Below the pieces are notes generated by a model, which had not been told where the DNA came from, ran no database searches, and saw only the letters and a list, made by a program, of their open reading frames with translations. A stretch of 63,939 bases of DNA, filler included, from Aduncisulcus paluster (Eukaryota): the NCBI GenBank assembly GCA_024181965.1. It is 17 parts of 17 records of this genome, joined end to end, with 100 filler letters (N's around TTAATTAATTAA, not from the genome) between each part and the next. Parts side by side here need not be neighbours in the genome. Positions count along the whole stretch, not along the records: positions 11,766 to 19,099 come from BQXS01010187.1; positions 19,200 to 24,671 come from BQXS01010188.1; positions 24,772 to 28,096 come from BQXS01010189.1; 14 more parts are not named here. One strand, given 5' to 3'. Shown here in pieces: positions 12,656-24,772 of this stretch. The position numbers and the translations under genes were made by a program. The number at the start of each line of letters is the position of its first letter. The first letter of the stretch is position 1.

Positions 12656-14120
12656 AACACCAGTGATGATTTGATACACGCAAATGCTTTCTATGTCTTC
12701 TGAATTGATAGCTTGGCACAATAGATGCAGTTCTTGATTATTTGTTTACCAATTTTGTATATACCATCGAATAAAACTCCTGAACGTCTCAAAGAATGAG
12801 CTACTTTGTTGATAGAAGCATGTCCAAGCCTAATATTCCTGTAGTAGTATTCGACGTTTAATAATCTCACCAGCTTCTTTGTGAAATACAATTCTCCCCT
12901 TTTTGTCGATCAATATTCCTCTTAATTCAGCAAAATATTTCCTCGATTCTGCACTTAATGTCTTCTGATGATTCTTTATCATGAGCGTATTGTCTTCGAC
13001 TGGGGATTCTTGTACTGATGTGATTTCATCTGTTTCTATTTGATGGACGAACGATGGCGTAGATATTTGTGATATTCGAGAAAGTAGATCAGCGAATTCA
13101 TTGGATTTTCCTGATATGACATATCAGATATGTGTTTGATTGTGAATTCGAATGGTGCTAGTTTTGATCGCCATCTTATCAATTTTGGGATTTCCGATTT
13201 GTAAATAAACGTCAAATCCCTAATAAATAGTAACTATTTGAAATAATCCCATATACTACTCCGAACGCTTCTTGTTCGATCGTTGTCCGTTGCTCTGTTT
13301 TAGTGAACTTTTTGGAGAATATATTAATGATTTCTGTATTCCCTTCGACGTTTTGAAGAAGGACTCCCCCCATTCCAAATGTCGAGGCGTCTGTTCTTAG
13401 AACTAATTCTGCTTCTGGATTGACATGTGCTAGGATTGTCTTTTGTTCCAGTGCATTCAGAATCTTTTGCCAAGCAGAGGTCTGGGCTATCCCCCATTCA
13501 ATTTCTTTCGTTTTACTCGACAATAATCTTGTAATCGGCTCCGATAATCGGGAATAATCTGGGATAAACTGTCTGAGAAAGTTTATACTCACAACCAGCT
13601 TCTGAACTGCTTTAACTGTTCTTGGAGGTTCTAGACGCCTTAAATTTTCTAGTTTCTTGGAATCAATCCTTCTCCCCTGGCTATTGATAATGAATCACGG
13701 GTATTTCACTTCTTCTACCCTGATAACGCACTTTGAGTAGTTCAATAGCAAGTTTACCGATGCAAACCGCTCCATAACCAGTTCTAAATTCTCAAGAAAG
13801 GTTTTCGAGTTCTTTCCGAAGATTAGAATGTCATCTAGATAGACCAAGCATCTGACGCCGTTCAGGTCACACAATACCGTGTTGATGTACCGACCACTCG
13901 AAAAGGCCCCACGGTGTTGTAAACGCAGTGAAGTGTCTTGCATCCTCTGAAATTGGAACATTGTAATACCCTGCTTTCAAATCGAGTGCCTTGTAATCGC
14001 AACAGATATGAATTTCTCCGGTCTTCTTGTCTACAAGAACTAGAGGTGCGGCGTAACGGCTTCTTGATATGGAAATGAATTCTTTTTCCAACAGCTTGTC
14101 CAACATTTCTCGCAACTTGA
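12656..14120 (-). pseudogene. Degenerate Ty3/gypsy pol (RT, RNase H, integrase zinc finger)
   Basis: Frameshifted pieces: YAAPLVLVDKK..ICCDYKAL, DLKAGYYNV, TAFTTPWGLFEW, YLDDILIFG, LRTDASTFGMGGVL, TIEQEAFGVV, LGH...CIYC. Confidence 0.9.
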
Positions 14121-14319
14121 TTGAAGCCGGAACAAGCGGGAAGAGCGGTTCTCGACAGCCGGTGATAAAAGGGAAAACGAAAGAAAAGAAAATTATTAGA
14201 GATGCAAAAGAAGTTAAAATGAAAACAAAAGGAAACAGACAAACACAAGGCGGAAGATTGTTGAGTTGATTCAAATCACATCACGATTTGTTATCAATTT
14301 GGTTATCACAAACCGGTTC
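14118..14319 (+). repeat. Putative 5' LTR (TG...CA, about 14118-14296) and primer-binding-site-like TGGTTATC (14300) of the plus-strand gypsy element
   Basis: Abruptly truncates the minus-strand RT, ends ...GTTATCA, and is followed 3 nt later by TGG. No second LTR is available to confirm it. Confidence 0.45.
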
Positions 14320-14334
14320 AAGTGATTAGAATTT

Positions 14335-14541
14335 ATGCCACCAAGAACAAGACGAAATGTTACCATTGAAAACAACATTGAACAGGAGGAATCAGAACGT
14401 TCGGAAGAAGAAGCACCAGACACAACTGAGGAGGCGGCAGAGGCTGAGGAAGGAGAAAAAGAGGATCGAGGAGATGAAGAAGATGTAATGATTCTCATGA
14501 TTTCTATTTATAGATCTCATTGTTCCAATTTTATTCAATAA
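14335..14541 (+). CDS. Short acidic ORF in the leader of the gypsy element
   Basis: MPPRTRR followed by an E-rich tract, between the PBS-like site and gag. Confidence 0.4.
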   Translation: MPPRTRRNVTIENNIEQEESERSEEEAPDTTEEAAEAEEGEKEDRGDEEDVMILMISIYRSHCSNFIQ

Positions 14542-14595
14542 ACTTGCTTACTGTCAATATAAAACCTTATAAATATTACAGTATTAATACTGAGA

Positions 14596-17461
14596 ATGGA
14601 TAAGGACGAAAAAAATTAGATTAGTGGAAAAGGGTCCCAAAGAGCCTTTTCTCGAGAAAATCGACACGGCCGGATGGAGCCGATTCACCAAGGAGTTCGA
14701 ACATTATCGGGGTTTAGGAGGTAAAAAATCCTGGACAGAACTCTTGTCATCCCAAGCACTTGGTTTGGTTCGAACCGTATCGAAAGTAACCGATTTTGGT
14801 TCCGAGAACAAAAGACAAAAAGCGTACAACGCTGTTAACAAGCTGTTCTCAAACAGCACAAGTATTGGATTGTATGATGAGCTCAGACTCTGCATAATGC
14901 AGAAGAAACTGTCTTTGGAAGCTCTCCTGCATTACATTTCAAACTTCCGAGCTATCAGGGAGAGATCACCAAAGGTCGGGACAGAACCTGACATGGCGAG
15001 AATCTTCATCAAGAACCTCTGCAGCCAGAGACTAAGAGACCGTATAAATGCAGTCATCAATGTGGAGGAGGTAGGTTTAGACGAAGCCTACAGAACAGCC
15101 ATCGAACAAGTCAAGAAAATCGCCGAAACGGAAAGAGAACATGCAGCAATTGCATTAGAAAGAATTCCAACGCATGGAGAAAAAGAGGAAGAAAAGGCCT
15201 GCTACAAATGCGGAGAGCTGGGACATATCGCAAGGTATTGTCCCAAAAACAAAGGAAAGAGAAGAACCCACACAGGGGAATTCAAGAAAGACCATGAAAA
15301 AAGGTCTGCAAGAGTCCCATTTATTCGCCATCGAGACCCAAGGTATAAAAGATTCTTTCCAGGAGTAATATGCCCAAAATGCAAAAAGGTCGGACATTAT
15401 GGCTCTGCTTGCCAAGAAAAAGTAACCGCAAAGGAGGCGAGTAAAAGTAATAATGAGTATTTGAAAAGTTTTACAACAGACAACTTTGAAAACTTCACAA
15501 GAAATGTTTCATTGTTTATTGAGGAAGAAGGTGAAAAAATTGAGACAATCGCACTTTTGGACACCGGAGCCTCGTCATCCGTGATATCAATGAATCTGGT
15601 AAAACGTTTGGGAATACCAATAACTCATGAGCACCATAAAACGGCAGAAACTGCAAATGGCGACAAAATTCAGACGTGTGGAGAAGCTGAATTGAATATT
15701 GAGATCCCAGGACCTCGAGGATTGATCCTAATCATCAAAGAAACGTTTCACGTGATCGAGATGGAAAAGGATACAAGCCATGAGGTTCTAATTGGTGCAT
15801 CAACAATAATTGAACACGATTTACTGGGCTGGCAGTCTTATGACACGGAAGAGAGCAAAATGGTGAAAGAAATCGAGGAATTAGAGATCGACGTACCGGA
15901 AAAAATAGCGGGCCCCATAAAAATCAAATGTGAGTTACCGGAAGTTAAAACTCAGATAAGAAAAATCATTGACGACTATGAAAGTATAATCGACAGAAAC
16001 CAACCTGCAAAGGTGGAAAAATATGAAATTATCGTAACAGAAGGTGCAAAACCAGTGAAGTTAAAGCAAAGACCAGTCCCAATTCACTTATTAGAGAAAG
16101 TAAGTGAAAAGCTGAATGATTTTGTAAGAAGAGGGTTTATCGTGCACACGAAGAGCCCATACTCCGCCCCAATGACATTTGCTCCGAAACCAGGGGGTGA
16201 TATTCGTATTTGTATTGATTATAGACTATTGAACAAATCAATAGAAGATGATGCCTTCACAGTACCATCACAAAAGGAGTTATTCAGAGCTTTAGAAGGG
16301 AAAAGGTTCTTTGCTGCGATTGATTTACAATCGGGATACTACAACGTGGATATCGAAGAAAAGTCAAGACCTCTGACAGCCTTTTCAACGCCTTTGGGAG
16401 GGTTCCAATGGAATAGGATGCCTTTTGGCTTGAAAACGGCCCCAGGTCACTTCCAACGTGTTATGACGAACTTATTATTCGATATGATCGGACATGCGTG
16501 CCTCATCTACTTAGATGACATATTAATATTCGGAAGAACTAAAGAATCATTTCTGAAGAACCTTTCGGACGTTGTCCATCGTTTAGGTGAAGCCAATTTA
16601 TTGATAAACTATAAAAAATCGAAGTTTACTTGCAAAAGTGTAACTTACCTGGGATTCACGATTTCAGAGAAAGGAAGAAAGATAACGGAAACAAAACTAG
16701 CGGCAGTTGAAGAAATCACACCGCCAAAAACCTTAAAAGGAGTTCAACAACTAATGGGGAAGTTGAATTATTTAAGGGAATTTATTGTGGATTTCGCAAG
16801 GATATCAAGCCCAATAAGTGATTTATTGTCGAACAAAAAAGGAGAAATCAATTGGGGAGAGAATCAGGACAAAGCTCTGGAAGAGCTAAAAGAATCTTTA
16901 AGACAGAAAAAAACGTTGTCACACCCCAAAATGAAAGCAAAATTCATTGTCAGAACAGACGCTTCAAATCAAGGAATTGGTGGAGCAATCCTCCAGAAAT
17001 TTGAAGGAAAAGAAGAATTGGTCTCGCTATTCAGCCGTAAATTCACGAAAACCGAAGCAAACTGGTCGACAATAGAACAGGAATGCTTTGGAGTTGTATA
17101 CGGTATTATACAGAATAGACACCTTCTGATGGGCTCAAAGTTCACAGTTGAAACAGACCACAGAAACCTTAAATATTTATTTAAGAGTACAGTCCCGAAG
17201 CTAATAAGATGGAGGCTGCAATTGGCCCCATACAATTTCGATATTATACATATACCGGGAAAAGAAAACGTATTAGCGGATTTTCTGTCCAGAGCAGAAC
17301 ATCAAAACGAAGTAATTGCAACTATCACTGTAGAAGAGGATATAAGAGATAGAATTGTGAAAATGCATGAAAAACTGGGGCATGCAGGAATTAGCATAAT
17401 GAAAAAACACTGCAAGGAGGAAGGAATAATGCATAAGAATCTCTTACAGAAGAGGACCTGA
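14596..17461 (+). mobile_element. Ty3/gypsy gag-pol polyprotein (2 CCHC knuckles, protease, RT, RNase H, truncated in the integrase zinc finger)
   Basis: CYKCGELGHIARYC and CPKCKKVGHYGSAC; LLDTGAS; RICIDYR; MPFGLKTAP; YLDD; VRTDAS; ETDHRNL; NVLADFLSR; H..LGH. ATG 14596 is out of frame with 14624 by one A in an A7 run. Confidence 0.95.
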
Positions 17462-18436
17462 CAAGAGAAATCTCCAGGATGCGCCGTGAAATTAGGTTGT
17501 TGCAGAAAAAGGATCGCAGAAGACAAGGAAGATTTCAGGTTTCGGGCTGGTGGAACTGGAAAGACTTGATGAACTCCACGAGGGAATCCTGGGAGCTATT
17601 GAGAATGCAGGGTCTCCATCGGAGGCGGTGGAGAGAGGGTTGATACACAATTCGAGCTGCAGGGGACGGCAATTTGCGTGGCAGACAGCCTCAGAAGAAA
17701 GGAGGCTTTCCTCATTGCACGACAGATCTCATCAGAGAACCCAGAAAGATCTCTTGACCATATTGCAGAAATTACATTCAAAAGACTCCCGAAGACGTCA
17801 TGGGACACAACAAGGAAGAGGAGATTCAGTGGAGAGCAATCAGGAAAGAACAAGCCTTGGAAAACTGTCGCAAGCTCAACACCAAGGTGTAAGAAGTGTG
17901 GAAAGAACCACAAGGAAGGTGAGTGCCCTTTATACTGAGACCCACTACCTCAGAAAACTCAAATCTCGTTATTATCACATCCATGAAGGTAAAACAGGAA
18001 GAGGAGGTAGTGGGGAGTATGTCGAGGAAATGGAAAGAGTGGGAAGAGCATGGGGCAAGCCATCACATCGTAGAGTGGCTCAGAAAAGGGGTGAAGTTCG
18101 GTGTATCATCGAGAGCAAGGGTTTCGTGAAGGGACACCGCAGACACAGCAGAACTGAGAGCAGCAATAGATGGGATGAAGACAGTAGGTGCACTGGAGGA
18201 AGTCGAAGAGGTGACTATTGCAGCACCATTCTTCCTGGTCCCGAAGAAGGGAACAGACGAAAAAAGAGAGGTACACGACCTGAGAGCACTCAACAAGAGA
18301 CTACCGAAACTTCCTTTCAAGTTAACAGCACTGGAGGAAGCCCTGTATGTGGGGGAGAGTCGACCATTCATGACGAAGTTGGACCTGAGAAAGGGTTACT
18401 GGCAAATACCCGGTCTGCCCAAGAGACAGAAAGCTA
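17440..18436 (+). mobile_element. Degenerate DIRS/Ngaro-like (tyrosine-recombinase) retrotransposon: gag-like region and RT N-terminus
   Basis: Gag-like CKKCGKNHKEGEC. Pre-RT motif W.EW...GAS..IVEWLRKGVKF. RT motifs APFFLVPKK..EKREVHDLRALN..PFKL...TKLDLRKGYWQIP with no protease in front. Several frameshifts. Confidence 0.75.
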
Positions 18437-19199
18437 TGTAATGGACACAGGTCCATATTGCAGGGAAAAGGGCCGGTCAGGCACCTGATCACCTGCAGGG
18501 ACGTTTACGCAGGTAAACGATCCTCTGAATAATTCTTATAGTAAATTTTGCTTCGCTTTTGAATATTTTTATTTCATTTCGAGGTCCTGCAGCTATTTCA
18601 GCTATTGGGTACACACATTGGGAAAAGAACTATACAATCAAGGGTCCTACCTTTCGGCGCGATGGCCAAAAATATGTCAACCGAAAATTTGGAGGTTTGT
18701 GTTTGACATTGGTCTAGACCTATTTTATTTTACTTTTCGTTGTGGTGGTTATCATCGCTGTATTATACAGCATAGTATGCTGATATCTTTTTGTAAATTC
18801 TTGATTTTCTTCCCGTTGAGCTGTTATTTAATGTCAGAACCGACTATATCCACCATTTATGAAGAATTGGAATAGGTTTTCTTCAGGGATGCCCATTTTG
18901 ACTCGGGATCCAAAAAGACTAAAGGTAAGTGATTTAATTGTTTTATTAACTCTCTCCGAGAACGTATTGCCTCAAAATTGAAAAAGTTGTCGGAATCATC
19001 GCTCTGAGATTCCTGATTGAGCTATTAAAGAAAGAATTTTCTGCTAGTTCAAAGAAGAAACCAAGAATCCTCTCTTTAGGGAAGAAAGAGGATATTATTN
19101 NNNNNNNNNNNNNNNNNNNNNNNNNNNNNNNNNNNNNNNNNNNTTAATTAATTAANNNNNNNNNNNNNNNNNNNNNNNNNNNNNNNNNNNNNNNNNNNN

Positions 19200-22100
19200 C
19201 TCTCGCTCTCTCGCTCTCTCTCTCTCTCCCCAAATGTTGCCCGGGAACGTTCTCGAGCCCAACATATAAGAGAAGCCATGGAAGGAGCTTTCATCGACAG
19301 AGAGACATATATCATGACTCACGGAAGGTCTCCCTCCAATGGGGATCTCCCTCCACGTTGTTCCAAACAGGGTCACAGCAACAAACAGCATCTCTCCCTC
19401 TCTCCTTCTCTTCCAAGGTCTCATTCGGACAAGAGCGATGATGTAGACAGCAGACATGTCCACAGCAGTCGAAGTCATTCCAAGAGTCACAGCCGTGAGA
19501 GTGGTGACAATATTCAAGTGACAGGCGACAAAACTCCCAGTGAAAAGGGGAGTGGAGAGACCGAATATGAATACACACTTGGATATGAATATGAATACGA
19601 AGAAATAGATATTCCTCCTGATGAATTTGCCAACAGAAAGAAAGAACATGAAGAAAGTGCTGCAAAGAAATCCAAAGTTGTCAAAGAAGATGCAGAAGAA
19701 GAAGAGGAGGAGGAAGAAGAGGAAGAAGAAGAAGAAGAGGAAGAGGAAGAAGAGGAAGAGGAAGGAATGGCTCCAATGGATCCATTTGAAGAGCCTAATT
19801 ATGTTGACGATGGTATTGATATGATGCACATTGGCATATCTGTTGATGGCACTGAGACCACAGATATGCCATATCACATGGCAGAGGAACCAACCTCTCT
19901 CACTCCACAAGAAGGGACCCGTGATCGTTCCCTGAGTTGTGTGATGGATGACGAGGCTGACTTTGGACTTATGACCCATCTAATTAGCACCACGTCAGCA
20001 AGCAGTGACTCATTGACTGGTCCAGACATGAGTATTGCTTCAATGGCTGAGAAATCTCTTGCAAACTCTCGATCCCTGTTACCACCTCTTTCAAACCATG
20101 CACGGAAACCAATATCCAAACAGTTCAACGCAAAAGCTCATGCCTCCAGGGATGCTTCCTCAGATCGAAAGCATAAGATTCAAGGTCATACCCGTCAATC
20201 GTCGGAAGAGAAGGTTGCTTCGTCACTTCTCAGGACAAGCCGTGGAAAGACTGAGTGTGTTCTTTTTATTGCTATGGAATATTGCAGTGGGAGGACTCTC
20301 GAGGATGCCATTGTCAGTCAGAAAGGACTCGATGTTCAGACAAGATGGATGATATTCCGACAGATTTTGCTTGCTCTCAATGTGCTGCATAAACATGGTC
20401 TGATGCATCGAGATTTGAAACCCGCCAATGTATTCTTGGATGCAAACAATAATGTCCGAGTTGGTGATTTCGGGTTGGCCGTTCCTCTGCTTCGAAAGAA
20501 AGTCAAGGGCGAATCCTCTTCAAAGAAGGCGAAATCTATACCACCACCTCAACATCCATCACCCGCTCAACCTGTCACCGTGTCATCAACAATATCCTCG
20601 TCCTCTTCGTCTTCTTCCTCTTACACCTCACATACTCTGAACGTGGGAACTCTCCAGTACATGGCTCCAGAACTATATTCCAGCACCAATTCTGCCACAT
20701 CTGTGAGTAGAAAACATGCCCCAGCTTACAACGAGGCAGTAGATATGTATGCTCTTGGTGTTATTCTGTTCGAGATNNNNNNNNNNNNNNNNNNNNCGAA
20801 AGAAAGTCAAGGGCGAATCCTCTTCAAAGAAGGCGAAATCTATACCACCACCTCAACATCCATCACCCGCTCAACCTGTCACCGTGTCATCAACAATATC
20901 CTCGTCCTCTTCGTCTTCTTCCTCTTACACCTCACATACTCTGAACGTGGGAACTCTCCAGTACATGGCTCCAGAACTATATTCCAGCACCAATTCTGCC
21001 ACATCTGTGAGTAGAAAACATGCCCCAGCTTACAACGAGGCAGTAGATATGTATGCTCTTGGTGTTATTCTGTTCGAGATGTGGTACCCTTTCCACCATC
21101 AGTTGGAACGAATGCAATTGGTTGCTAAGGCCAAGGAAGGACACTTCCCAACCGAATGGTGCAGACAATTTTACCATCAAATGCGTCTCTGCCGTTGGTT
21201 ATTGAGCAGAGATCCCAGTCAAAGGCCTTCAGTTGAGACCATCCTTTCTCAACGTGGTTTAATCCCCAGATATACTTCTTCTGCGACCATAGCTGAGGCT
21301 GTGGAGCTGATTATGAGCGAGAATATTAGTCAAAGTGTTAAAAATGATATTTTACTCGGTTTGCTCTCAATGTACGAGAAACAGCAAAGAGTACAGACTC
21401 AAAAGGCTGAAGAAGAAGGTGAGAGGAAAGTGAAACCCGAGCGTGAACATCGTGGCTATGGTCTGATTCAAGAAGTGGCAAGAGAAAGGTGGCGTTTTGT
21501 GAATTGGGAGAAAGAATCGTATTCCTCAGTACCATTCGGACATCCTTCAAATACCTCCTCTTGCATTCCGTCTTCGATTCTCAAGTTCTTAATATCCTCC
21601 AATTGCTCTCCTTCTTCCTTCTCTCTTCTTTTCAACCATGCCCATACCCACACTCACTCAAGGATTAGGATAGGTCGTATATTAGAAATCCTGAAGTTTC
21701 CACCTTCCTTGTCTCCTATGTTGTGTAGTTTGAATCTTGGAGATTTCAAAGCCAAGCCATTGAAACACGATGAACGTTCCCTCAGTGAAAATATGATATC
21801 GGCAGCCATCAGCTCTTCTTCCCTTGGATCCTTACTCCCCATGGCATGGAAATGTGGCGGTTACGGAACATTGTTCCAGCATATGCAACGAGATTATGGG
21901 ACATCGCTGGCTTCATTAACTGATACGTCTGCCTTCGGTTCCAATTCTGATCTTTCTACCTCTGATTCTACCTCTTCTTTGCTTACACACAGTCTTCCAC
22001 CTTTCCATGAAGCTTCTCTCATTCATCTGACACGTGTCACCGGGATAGCAAGGAAGATCTGTGAGATGAATGGTATTCGTGAGCGTGTAACATCCTTCTT

Positions 22101-24671
22101 ATATCCTTATATTCCTGGCTGTGGTGATCTGCTGAACGGGAGGAAAGATTCCTCGTTGCTCATGCTCCACACTGGTGGATCAGTGTTGCAATTTGCTGAA
22201 TTCGCGTCTGCACCTTTCTATCTTGGGTTACATTCAGTGCCCACTGTTCGTCTTTTGTGCACGATACCTATTTTTAGATATGAAGTTATGCCGGTTGTAA
22301 ATGTTTTGAAATGGAATAGAAAGCATACTCACAAGGGTAAAAACGTTGATGCGAGTGGTTATTCAAACTCGATTTACTCATCTTTCTTCTCCAAAGAAAA
22401 CCCTGATCCGTTGCTGAACGATTCGAGTGTGATGAACACTGCGTTCACTCTCGCCATTGATAATGTTTTTACTCTATCTCACAGAGAACGAAAAGGCCTT
22501 GAGTTTAGAGAAATATCAGAAGGTCTGAAAAAGGCACTCGGTGTCACCAAGAACCCTGGAGATTTTTCGCCTTCTCCTTCAACCGCTTTTACCCAGGATT
22601 GTTTTGACGATATTTTCAAGGATGATGACGATTCGAGTTCTTCCGACGAATTGGATCCTTCATTCAAGGCAGCTGAGTCTTACATTTGTTCTCCTTATTT
22701 CTCAAATTCCCAATTTATCGACCAACTTCATACACCAATCGAAGTGGAGTTCGATGAACTTGTGCGCGTGAAGAAAAGAAAATACCACACTTGCATTCCT
22801 CTTGAACCATTTGAAACAGTTCTGAAAACTATAACTTCTATTTTTAGAACATCTATTTATGGATCAGATATTGACTTCTCTCTCTATCAGCAAAAGATAA
22901 TTACCTCATCTATTCTTGGATATTCCTCAGCTCAAACCTCTTCCTCTTCTCCTCCTCCTCATCTTCAAGCTCTACGGCCTCTTCTTTAGGAAGCATTCCA
23001 AGCCTAACTGGGAAAAACCTAGGAAGAATTTACCCATATCACTTACTGTTGTTCTCCCATGGTGGGGTTTTTGTCAGTGTATGCCGAGTCTGCGGCGTTG
23101 AGGTCAGCGAGGCCGTCCAATGGCTTAACAACAGGGGAAGAATCTCAGTGCAACCAGATAATCAACAGTCCGACAATACTGCGACAGCGATAGCAATCAA
23201 GTCATCATCAAGTGGCTCTTCAAATGCTTTATTCTACTCTCCGTTGCATCTCTTGCTCTTTGTACTCGATGGACTTCGTTGTTATACCGATATTGAACGA
23301 GTTCGGGCGAGATTCCACATTGTTGTCAAGTTTAAACTGAGAAACATTGGTCATCGCATCAAACACATGCAGAAACTTAGTTGGGGAGGTATATTAACTC
23401 CAAAAGAAGATCGAGAGGTGAATGAAGAGATTATTATCCTTTTAACCCTCGTTTGTATCGCAAATAGAGGTCTTGATGAATGTGTCAAGATGTATGAATG
23501 TTTCAAAAACTCTGGTATGGATATGAAATGCGTATGTTTTGCTCCAACCATTGTTGCTATTGCCCATCAATTCTCTGGCGTTTGTGTTGTCTTGATGAAA
23601 ACCACCATGAAAAAAGAATTATTCGGAATTGGAATGGGTGGTGTGCCCAGTGAAGTCGAAGCTATGTATTCCAATGAAATTGATGGCTCTGTTGGGCTTG
23701 CCAGTTCATCGGCCCAAGGGTTATCATCTTCGGTCCCTTCAGCTTCCTCTTGCTCAACAACAACTCCTCCTTTCTCCATGTCTGCAATTCCTTCTCTGAT
23801 CCCAGTTCAACAAAGGTTTTACTCCAAAGTTATTCCTCCTTTCTCCTTGACAGCTCCTCTGTCTGTTGAAGATGCCTGCAAGGAAGCGAATAGAGAATTC
23901 ACATCCGTGTTCTTAAATTCCATGTTTTCAACTTTTACGAACAGGAAATCATATCGAGATGGGGTACAATTGAGCCCTGTTGGCTATGGAGGAAATGTAG
24001 ATAATGTTCTTCCACCTTTGAGGGTACAATGTGGCCAAGAGATGACATTAGGTTCAACAAATATGAGTTCCCTTGGCCATTCTCTCAGTCGGTCGAGTTT
24101 ACCGGCTTCACGGTTACAAACGGAGACCCTGGGCTCTGATTCTGGTCTATATAGAACATCTGTTTCCCTTCATGCTTTCACCTTCCAGCTCTCTCTCTCT
24201 CGATTGTTCAGTGGGTTGCATGACCGGGAAGAAGAAGAAAGAATCTGCTATTGTGTATGATCCTTCTTCAACAACATGGTCCATTGAGGAATTGAAGGAG
24301 CATATTCCGATCATTTTATTGTTCCCACCAGGTTTGCACCCTTTGCTGGCTTCTGTGATTGAGGAATATTTCCATAAACAAGGATTCTACACAAGACGAG
24401 GCGTGAATCTCCGAGAAAAGAAACGTGCCGCTGCCTTCCCGTCTTCAGCTTCTGGATATTCCAGTCCTTCTCTGAGTGATCTTGTGGATACGTTTTCGTC
24501 CTCTTCCCCGTGTTCTTGTCCATCATCGGCCCTCTCTTTCTCATTTGAGGATTGGAAAGGTGGTGAGTGGGTGAAGAAAGATTTCTTGAAAGAAGTATGT
24601 AATGCCATGAATGGAGATTATGCCATTGGTTACGAGAAGGATAAAGAAAAGGATTATTCAAAGGAAAGGGT
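19200..24671 (+). CDS. GCN2: GCN2-like eIF2-alpha kinase (kinase with acidic insert, then degenerate HisRS-like region), partial, two frameshifts
   Basis: LFIAMEYC, IFRQIL, HRDLKPANVFLD, VGDFGLA, VGTLQYMAPE, VDMYALGVILFEMW. Downstream GYGGNVD...AFTFQLSL resembles HisRS motif 3. Gap duplication 20493-20776 = 20797-21080. Confidence 0.8.
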
Positions 24672-24772
24672 NNNNNNNNNNNNNNNNNNNNNNNNNNNNN
24701 NNNNNNNNNNNNNNNTTAATTAATTAANNNNNNNNNNNNNNNNNNNNNNNNNNNNNNNNNNNNNNNNNNNNG

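Noticed and set aside
14485-14594. Possible intron joining the acidic uORF to gag
   Set aside because: None of the nearby AG acceptors gives an in-frame join from the GTAATG donor.
18502-18519. Hairpin CGTTTAC-GCAG-GTAAACG (and an 8-bp inverted repeat near 49457-49488)
   Set aside because: Short single-copy stems expected by chance in 64 kb; no supporting context.
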